From NCBI GenBank assembly GCA_039588275.1, contig JBDHAC010000003.1:56855-120854 (forward strand): 64,000 nucleotides of DNA. Reading direction: 5' to 3'. A program made the position numbers and the translations under genes. Of this stretch, positions 57,347 through 64,000 are shown piece by piece (position 1 is the first letter of the stretch; every line of letters starts with the position of its first letter). The notes below the pieces were generated by a model. That model was given only the letters and a program-made list of their open reading frames with translations, did not search any database and was not told the origin of the DNA. Source of the stretch: Gemmatimonadota bacterium. GTDB taxonomy: Bacteria > Gemmatimonadota > Gemmatimonadetes > Palauibacterales > Palauibacteraceae.

Positions 57347-58956
57347 TCGCCTTCCTCCGGTCGCAGGATCGGATAGAGGATCACTTCGCGGATCGCGGAT
57401 CGCCCCGTCACGATCATGGCCAGACGGTCCATGCCCAACCCCAGGCCACCGGTTGGAGGCAGTCCGTACTCGAGCGCGCGCACGTAATCCTCGTCTATTC
57501 CGTGTGCCTCCGCGTCACCCTCGGCCCGCATGCGGTCCTGCTCGCTGAACCGCGTCCACTGGTCGATCGGGTCGTTCAGCTCGCTGAAGGCGTTGATGAG
57601 CTCGAAGCCGCAAACCACTACTTCGAACCGCTCCGCGCACGCCGGGTTGCCCCGCTTGGGCTTGGCGAGCGGGCTCATCTCGATCGGATGGTCGTAGATG
57701 ATGGTCGGGTTGACGATTCCCTCTTCCACGTGGGCCGAGAAGAGGACGTCGAGCAGCTGGACGCGGGAAAGCTCGCCGGCATCTTCTCTCCCCGCCGCGC
57801 GCGCGAGCTCCCGCAGGGTCGCGTCCGGCGTCGAGTGCGGATCGAAGCCGGTCTCTTCCTCGAACGCCTCGGCGTACGTACGTCGCTTCCACGGTCGCGA
57901 CAGATCGACGGACACCCCGTCGAACTCGAGCGACAACGAACCGCGGACCTCGCTCACGACATCGGTCACCATCTCCTCGGCAAGCGTCATTACGTCGTCG
58001 TAGTCCGCGTACGCATAGTACAGCTCGAGCATGGTGAACTCGGGGTTGTGCGTGCGGTCGATGCCCTCGTTACGGAAGTCCTTCCCGATCTCGTACACAC
58101 GGTCCAGGGTGCCGACGATCAGCCGCTTCAGGTACAGCTCGTCCGCAATGCGTAGGTAGAGGGTCCGGTCGAACGTCTCGTGTCGGGTGGTGAACGGGCG
58201 CGCGAGTGCACCCCCGTACTGGGGCTGCAGAACCGGTGTCTCGACCTCGAGGAACCCGCGAGCATCGAGCCAATTCCGAAAGCCGGTCGTGAGCCGGGTC
58301 CGGATGGTGAATACCTCTCGCACGTCGGGGTTCACCGCCAGGTCCGCGTACCGCTGGCGGTAGCGTGACTCGACGTCGGAGAAGCCGCTGTGCACGATCC
58401 GCTCTCCCGTCTCCTGCACCTCCTCCTTCCCGAAGGGCAGCGGCCGGAGCGTTTTCGACAGTAGCGAGAGCTCTTCGGCTCGGACCGTCACCTCTCCAGT
58501 GCGCGTGCGAAACAGAGGCCCGGCGACGCCGACCCAATCGCCGAGGTCGAGTAGCTCCAGGAGCGCCCCATCCCCTTCGCGCAGCGCATCCTGCTTGAAG
58601 TACACCTGGAGCCGGCCGCTGCGGTCACCGAGGTGCGCGAACGCGCTCTTGCCCATGTCCCGATACGAGAGGATCCGGCCCGCTACCCGGACGGGCTTCG
58701 AGTCCTCGGTCTCGCCGGCCACCTCGGCTTCGCCGACCGCCTCGGACTCCTCGAACTCGGTTCGGGCTGATTGCAGCTCGTGCGTCGGGTCGAAGGAGTA
58801 CGCGTAGGGCTCGAAGCCTAGCGCGCGAAGCTTCTCGAGCTTGGCGAAACGATCGCGCACCGGCTTGGGTCGCTCGGGCGCCTGGTACCAGCAACTCAGG
58901 CAAACCCCTTCCCGGAGCGCCTCGGTTGGCTCTCCACAACTCGGACAGGTACTCAT
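57343..58956 (-). CDS. lysS: lysine--tRNA ligase (class II) with N-terminal CxxC-x12-CxxC extension
   Basis: OB fold (AGRI, GKSAF), YRQRYADL, YLRIADELYLKRL, FRNEG, HNPEFT, YGLPPTGGLG; ATG 58956. Confidence 0.96.
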   Translation of the reverse strand: MSTCPSCGEPTEALREGVCLSCWYQAPERPKPVRDRFAKLEKLRALGFEPYAYSFDPTHELQSARTEFEESEAVGEAEVAGETEDSKPVRVAGRILSYRDMGKSAFAHLGDRSGRLQVYFKQDALREGDGALLELLDLGDWVGVAGPLFRTRTGEVTVRAEELSLLSKTLRPLPFGKEEVQETGERIVHSGFSDVESRYRQRYADLAVNPDVREVFTIRTRLTTGFRNWLDARGFLEVETPVLQPQYGGALARPFTTRHETFDRTLYLRIADELYLKRLIVGTLDRVYEIGKDFRNEGIDRTHNPEFTMLELYYAYADYDDVMTLAEEMVTDVVSEVRGSLSLEFDGVSVDLSRPWKRRTYAEAFEEETGFDPHSTPDATLRELARAAGREDAGELSRVQLLDVLFSAHVEEGIVNPTIIYDHPIEMSPLAKPKRGNPACAERFEVVVCGFELINAFSELNDPIDQWTRFSEQDRMRAEGDAEAHGIDEDYVRALEYGLPPTGGLGLGMDRLAMIVTGRSAIREVILYPILRPEEGE

Positions 58957-58961
58957 GGCGC

Positions 58962-60078
58962 CTATGCGGTCGCCGCCCCCGCCTGCTGGTGCAGGAAGGC
59001 TTCGATGAACTCGTCGATCTGTCCGTTCAGCACCGCATCCACATTGCCGATTTCGACGTTGGTCCGGTGGTCCTTGACCATCGTATAGGGTTGGAGGACA
59101 TACGATCGGATCTGCTGTCCCCACTCTATCTTCGTCTTGGTTCCTTCGAGTTCGGCCCTCTCGGCCTCCCGCTCCTCCAGCGCGTGCTGGTATAGCGCTG
59201 CCTGGAGCATCTTCATCGCCTTCGCCTTGTTCTTGTGCTGGCTGCGCTCCTGCTGGCAGGAGACCACGATCTTGGTCGGTTCGTGCGTGATTCGCACGGC
59301 CGAGTCCGTCTTGTTGACGTGCTGGCCGCCCGCTCCGGACGCCCGGTACGTGTCGATCCGCAGATCCTCCTCGTTGATCTCGATCTCGATGTCGTCCTCG
59401 AGGACCGGGTACACGAACACGGACGCGAACGACGTGTGTCGACGGCCCTGGGAATCGAAGGGGGAGATCCGCACGAGGCGGTGTACGCCGCGCTCGGCCG
59501 CCAGGTACCCGTACGCGTACGCGCCGTCGATCTCGAGCGTGACGGATTTGATCCCGGCCTCTTCCGCGGGTTGCAGCTCCAGGATCTCGAGGTCGAAGCG
59601 GCGCGCCTCGGCCCAGCGCGAGTACATCCGCATCAGCATCTCGGCCCAGTCCTGCGACTCGGTGCCGCCCGCCCCGGGGTGTATGGTCAGGAGTGCGCTT
59701 CGGTGGGAGTCGGACCCGCGCAGCATGTTCTTGAGCTCGAGGTCCGCGACCTGGGTTCCCGCCGACTCGATCCCACCTTCGAGCTCCTCTTCGAGCTCCG
59801 CGTCGCTCTCTTCCTCCAGCAGGGCGATTATCTCGAGCAGGTCGTCGACCCGTTCGGAGAGCTCGGTCCAGGGCTGCGTCCAGGCCTTGAGCCGGTTCGC
59901 CTCGTTGATCACCTTACGGGCACGGTCCGCTTGGTCCCAGAAGTCGGCCCGCGCCATCTGCTCTTCGAGCTCGTCTATCTTGGCCAGCTTCTCGGGGATC
60001 TCAAAGATACCCCCGTAGCTCGTCCAGTCTGCCTCGCAGCGCCTCGGCGCGCTCCTTCTGTCTCGAGATCTCGGTCAT
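58962..60078 (-). CDS. prfB: peptide chain release factor 2, programmed +1 frameshift (join 60078..60004, 60002..58962)
   Basis: ORF1 ends GGGGG TAT CTT TGA; the +1 frame continues EIPEKLAKIDELEEQMARADFW; SPF and GGQ motifs. Confidence 0.96.
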
Positions 60079-60263
60079 TGGTGCTCCATGCGTTTCTCCG
60101 CCCCACACGGGCGCGCGCCGCGCGCCCTCCCGACGACGCCACAATAGACTACCGTCAGCGCCGGAAGTCGATCCTTTGAACGAGACGGGCGGTCCGTGGT
60201 GACACTCGGTCGGAGGTGGCACGCGCGGGCTCGTGACACCCCGCCGGGTGACGGCACGGCGGT

Positions 60264-62534
60264 CTACCGGACGAGCTGGAAGTCGATCTTCCGTTCCTCC
60301 CGGTCGACCCTCACCACCTGCACCTCGACCGCGTCGCCGAGACGGAAGCTCCGCTTGCGCCGCCGGCCGACCAGGGCGTGCGCGCGCTCGTCCAGCCGGT
60401 AGTAGTCATCGCCAAGCGTGCTGACGTGCACGAGCCCATCCACCTGATAGCGATCGAGGAGCACGAAGAGACCGAACGAGGCGACGCCGCTGATCGTAGC
60501 CTCGAAGTGATCCCCCACGTGGCGCTCCATGAACTGGATCTTCTTGAGCTCGACCGAGTCGCGCTCCGCTTCGGCGGCGCGTCTCTCCTGCGCCGACGCC
60601 TGGCGGGCCGACGCATCGAGCCACTCGGCGTCCAGCGACCTCGCGCTCGCAGGGTCCGCCAGCCAACGCGTCAGCTGACGGTGAACCACGAGGTCCGGGT
60701 AACGGCGTATCGGCGAGGTGAAGTGCGCGTATGCGGTCGAGGCGAGGCCGAAATGGCCCTCGTTGCTCGGAGCGTAGCGCGCCTGCGCGAGGCTCCGCAG
60801 GGTAGCCATCGCGAGAAGCGGCTCGTGCGGCTCGCCGCGCACGGAGTCGAGGAGACGCTGGAGGTCCACGGGTCGGACACCTCCCCCTGGAACCGAGAGA
60901 TCGAATTCCGCCGCGAGCGCCCGGAGGTTGTCCAGCTTTTCAGGGTCGGGCTCTTCATGGATACGGTACAGGGTGGGGACCGCCTCGCGGATGGCCCAAT
61001 CGGCGACCGCCTCGTTCGCGGCGATCATCAGGTCCTCGATCAGCTGGTGGGCCGGCAGTCTCAGGACCCGCTGCACGTCCTCCGGCTCCCCCGCCGCGTC
61101 CAACACCACGCGCGCCTCGGGCAAGTCGAAATCGAGGCTCCCGCGCTCGATCCGCCGGTTCCGGAACGCCCGGCTGATCCGCAGCAGATCGCCCAGGCTC
61201 GTGGCCAGCGGATCGGGAGCGTCCTGTTCCCCGTCGAGAATCGCCTGCGCTTCGTCATACGAGAGGCGGTGACGGCTGCGGATGACGGTCTTGGCGAAGC
61301 GCGCCTCTGCGATTCGCCCTTCCTCCTCCACGCGCAACAGCACCGAGAGCGTTAGACGATCCTCGTCCGGCACCAGCGAGCATAAGTCGTTGGAGAGGGC
61401 ATGCGGGAGCATGGGGATGACTCGATCCACCAGATACACGCTCGTGGCACGCTCCCACGCCTCGAGGTCGATCGATCCACCTTCCTGCACGTAGTGCGAG
61501 ACGTCGGCGATGTGAACCCCCACCCATGCGCTGCCGTCCTCCAGGGTCTGGATGGACACCGCGTCGTCGTGATCGCGCGCGTCCGCGGGATCGATGGTGT
61601 ACACGAGCTCGTCGCGAAAGTCTTCCCTCTCCGCCAGGTCCCGTGGGCGAAAGCCGCGCTGCGCGATCCCGTGAGCGGCCTCCTCGACTTCGGGTGGAAA
61701 AGTTTCCGGGAGCTCGTAGCCGAGCTGGATGGCCAGCACGTCGACACCTGGATCCCCGGGAGCGCCCAGCACACGCGCCACCCGCCCCACCGGTCTCGGA
61801 TCCTCATCCCCCCAATCCAGCACCTCCAACAAGACGAGGTCCCCATCAGACGCCTCACCGGTCTCGGGCGGAGGGACGAAAAACTCGACGCCGAGTCGCG
61901 GCTCGTGCGACTCTACCCACGCATATCCGGGACGCGCGTGAAACACTCCGACGACGCGGGAGTGGGCGCGTTCGAGAATCTGTATGATCCGGCCGCGAGG
62001 ATTGCGATTCGTGGGACGGTGCTCGATACGCGCGACGACGCGGTCGCCTTCGACGCCCCCCCCGAGATCACGGTCGCGCACGAAGATGTCCGGGGGACCG
62101 TCGTCCGGGACGACGAAACCATGGCCCGCACCGGTGACCTCGAGGCGACCGATTCTCAGGTTCAGGTCGCGGGGAACGGCGAGGCGGCCCTCGCGTTGCC
62201 GGTAGAGCTTGCCCTCCGCGACGAGGCGCTGGAGGAGCGAGCGAAAGTCGGGGTAGTCCGTGCGGCGCACGCCGAGCGCCTGAGCCAGCTCGCGAGGCTT
62301 CAGAGGGCGGTCCGCCTCTTCCCGTACGTAACGGAGGATCTCCGGCGCTTCGACCGGAGTCGACGTCCCGCCCGCGCGGGTCCCGCGTCTGCCGCCCGGG
62401 CCCTTCTTCTTCGCGTCGCTCTTCTTTCCACCGTCGCGCCTCGTCGGACCCTGCGAGGCTTTGTCCGTGCCGTGCCCTCGACCCGATTCCCCTTTTGGGC
62501 CGGCGCGTTTTCCCTTTGCCTTCTTGCGAGCCAT
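60264..62534 (-). CDS. rnr: ribonuclease R
   Basis: HTH and CSD domains, TIDPADARDHDDA, HIADVSHYV, HFTSPIRRYPDL, C-terminal S1. Confidence 0.95.
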   Translation of the reverse strand: MARKKAKGKRAGPKGESGRGHGTDKASQGPTRRDGGKKSDAKKKGPGGRRGTRAGGTSTPVEAPEILRYVREEADRPLKPRELAQALGVRRTDYPDFRSLLQRLVAEGKLYRQREGRLAVPRDLNLRIGRLEVTGAGHGFVVPDDGPPDIFVRDRDLGGGVEGDRVVARIEHRPTNRNPRGRIIQILERAHSRVVGVFHARPGYAWVESHEPRLGVEFFVPPPETGEASDGDLVLLEVLDWGDEDPRPVGRVARVLGAPGDPGVDVLAIQLGYELPETFPPEVEEAAHGIAQRGFRPRDLAEREDFRDELVYTIDPADARDHDDAVSIQTLEDGSAWVGVHIADVSHYVQEGGSIDLEAWERATSVYLVDRVIPMLPHALSNDLCSLVPDEDRLTLSVLLRVEEEGRIAEARFAKTVIRSRHRLSYDEAQAILDGEQDAPDPLATSLGDLLRISRAFRNRRIERGSLDFDLPEARVVLDAAGEPEDVQRVLRLPAHQLIEDLMIAANEAVADWAIREAVPTLYRIHEEPDPEKLDNLRALAAEFDLSVPGGGVRPVDLQRLLDSVRGEPHEPLLAMATLRSLAQARYAPSNEGHFGLASTAYAHFTSPIRRYPDLVVHRQLTRWLADPASARSLDAEWLDASARQASAQERRAAEAERDSVELKKIQFMERHVGDHFEATISGVASFGLFVLLDRYQVDGLVHVSTLGDDYYRLDERAHALVGRRRKRSFRLGDAVEVQVVRVDREERKIDFQLVR

Positions 62535-62612
62535 GAGCGGCCGGGCGTCAGGTGTCGGTCGGCAGTCGAGCGTCGTCGCGGAGGGCGACCTGGCTGTCTG
62601 CGCCGTGGGTGA

Positions 62613-62780
62613 TCAGAAGGATTGGGCCTCGTCGATTAGCATGATCGGGATGCCGTCTCGGATCTCGTACCGCAGCCGGCAGGAATGACACAACAGCGCG
62701 TCCTCTTCTTCCATGTACTCCAGGTCGCCCTTGCACTTCGGGCACACCAGGATCTCGAGCAATCGTTCGTCTACAGGCAT
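62613..62780 (-). CDS. Trm112/YcaR family protein (55 aa, not in ORF track)
   Basis: MPVDERLLEILVCPKCKGDL...CHSCRLRYEIRDGIPIMLIDEAQSF*; ATG overlaps era stop (TGATG). Confidence 0.9.
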   Translation of the reverse strand: MPVDERLLEILVCPKCKGDLEYMEEEDALLCHSCRLRYEIRDGIPIMLIDEAQSF

Positions 62781-63748
62781 CAAGCTTCCTCCGCGGGAAC
62801 TCGGAACCCCAAGACCCTAAGGTGCTTGTACTGCTTCCGCCAGTTGGGGAGCACCTTCACGCGTAAGTCCAGATACACCCCACGATCCAGAAATCCTTCG
62901 ATCTTTCGGCGCGCCGCCGAGCCGATCCGCCGGATCATCTTGCCGCCGGCCCCGATCACGATCCCCTTCTGCGACTCCTTCTCCACGTAAAGCACCGTCT
63001 CGATGTAGATGGGCAGGTCTGGGCCCCGGTCCTTGAATTCCTCCACGCGCACCGCGATCGCATACGGCACCTCTTGGCTGAGCTCCTCGAAGCAGGTTTC
63101 GCGCACGAGCTCGGCGGCGAATTCGCGTACGGGGGCGTCGGACAGCTCGTCCTCGGGATAGAACGGCGGTGATTCGGGCAGTCGCCCCAGGATACTCCGG
63201 CGAAGCTCTTCGATGCTGAAGCGCCGGTCCGCGGCGGTCGGCACGATCGCATCCCAGGGACCGCCCTCGAACCCTTCCACGATCGCGTCGAGATCGGATG
63301 CGGTGATTAGGTCTATCTTGTTGATACACAGTATTTTCGTGCCCTCGGCTCGGCGGACCCGATCCATGAACTCACGGGTCCACTCGAGGCTGGGCTCGTA
63401 CGCGGCATCCAGCACGACGACGGTGACATCCGCGTCGGCGAGCGCCCCGGCAGCCTCCGCCTGCATGGCCTCCTGGAGCGCATAGCGGGGCTCCAGCCAG
63501 CCCGGGGTGTCGATGAACAGCGCCTGGTGGCCCGCATCCGTGTAGATGCCGAGCAGACGTCGACGGGTCGTCTGCGCTTTGGGCGTGACGATGCTCAGCC
63601 GCTCGCCGACGAGGGCGTTCAGCAGCGTGGACTTCCCGACGTTGGCGAGTCCGAGGATCGCCACGAAGCCGGCGCGAAATCCCGAGCTGGCTTCTCGGCG
63701 CCCCTGGTCGGCGCGGGAGGCTTCTGGTGATTCGGACTGAGTGACCAC
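62780..63748 (-). CDS. era: GTPase Era
   Basis: GLANVGKSTL, QTTR, DTPG, NKID, EVPY, SQKGIVIGAGG (KH); start probably GTG 63748. Confidence 0.95.
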   Translation of the reverse strand: MVTQSESPEASRADQGRREASSGFRAGFVAILGLANVGKSTLLNALVGERLSIVTPKAQTTRRRLLGIYTDAGHQALFIDTPGWLEPRYALQEAMQAEAAGALADADVTVVVLDAAYEPSLEWTREFMDRVRRAEGTKILCINKIDLITASDLDAIVEGFEGGPWDAIVPTAADRRFSIEELRRSILGRLPESPPFYPEDELSDAPVREFAAELVRETCFEELSQEVPYAIAVRVEEFKDRGPDLPIYIETVLYVEKESQKGIVIGAGGKMIRRIGSAARRKIEGFLDRGVYLDLRVKVLPNWRKQYKHLRVLGFRVPAEEA

Positions 63749-63797
63749 GGCGCAGAAACCTGCCCCTGCCGACGACGATCGGCAAATAGAACGAGAT

Positions 63798-63835
63798 GAA
63801 CAAAGCCTCCGCCCGCACACGGCGAGCGGAGGCTC
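63798..63835 (-). terminator. intrinsic terminator downstream of 16S rRNA
   Basis: Minus strand AGCCTCCGCTCGC-CGTGT-GCGGGCGGAGGCT followed by TTGTT. Confidence 0.75.
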
Positions 63836-63904
63836 GATTTATCAAGAAGGTGAGTGGCGTGAGGTTGGCAGGGATATCTCCCCCGAAGGGGAAGAATCGC
63901 TCCC

Positions 63905-64000
<96 letters not shown>

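Noticed and set aside
58962..60078. prfB as a pseudogene
   Set aside because: The in-frame stop is the known programmed +1 frameshift site
46267..62612. Long + strand ORFs (46267..47769, 49333..51063, 51060..52214, 61401..62612)
   Set aside because: Antisense shadows of lpxC-fabZ, bamA, clpC and rnr

Overview
High-GC bacterial chromosomal window. The gene content and order (lpxC-fabZ fusion, mcsA-mcsB-clpC upstream of bamA, bshC, kdsC-kdsD-lptCAB-rpoN) suggest Gemmatimonadota or another FCB-group diderm; this is inference. From 1 to 18.7 kb all genes are on the + strand: KDO/LPS transport, rpoN, a 9-kb glycosylation cluster (two GT2 polyprenol-phosphate-sugar synthases, two GT-C membrane transferases, GT4, an FkbM-like protein, a flippase-like protein), a K+ channel and a cation/H+ antiporter-PTS EIIA fusion. 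From 18.8 to 64 kb all genes are on the - strand, in a long, tightly coupled housekeeping and envelope run, read in transcription order: 16S 3' end, era, Trm112-like, rnr, frameshifted prfB, lysS, lolE/D, mcsAB-clpC, bamA, skp, lipid A genes, nadB, rlmH, methyltransferase-bshC, murJ, uvrC, gltX, thrC, der, plsY, gpsA, surE, pcm, apt. The two arrays converge next to a 28-bp dif-like XerCD site. Main candidates for a second look: (1) LptC and the LptA/OstA-like protein carry tandem arrays of D-S/T-x motifs matching the Bacteroidota O-glycosylation sequon, directly upstream of a Ppm1/PMT-like glycosylation locus; (2) the dif-like site; (3) a 16S rRNA gene terminated without tRNA/23S; (4) a methyltransferase coupled to bshC (possible N-methyl-bacillithiol); (5) a DUF374-LpxK fusion, an unannotated 44-aa membrane protein and a missing lpxD in the lipid A operon; (6) LysRS with an N-terminal Cys4 motif. 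No transposase, integrase, CRISPR array or tRNA was recognised. All calls come from reading motifs by eye, without database searches.
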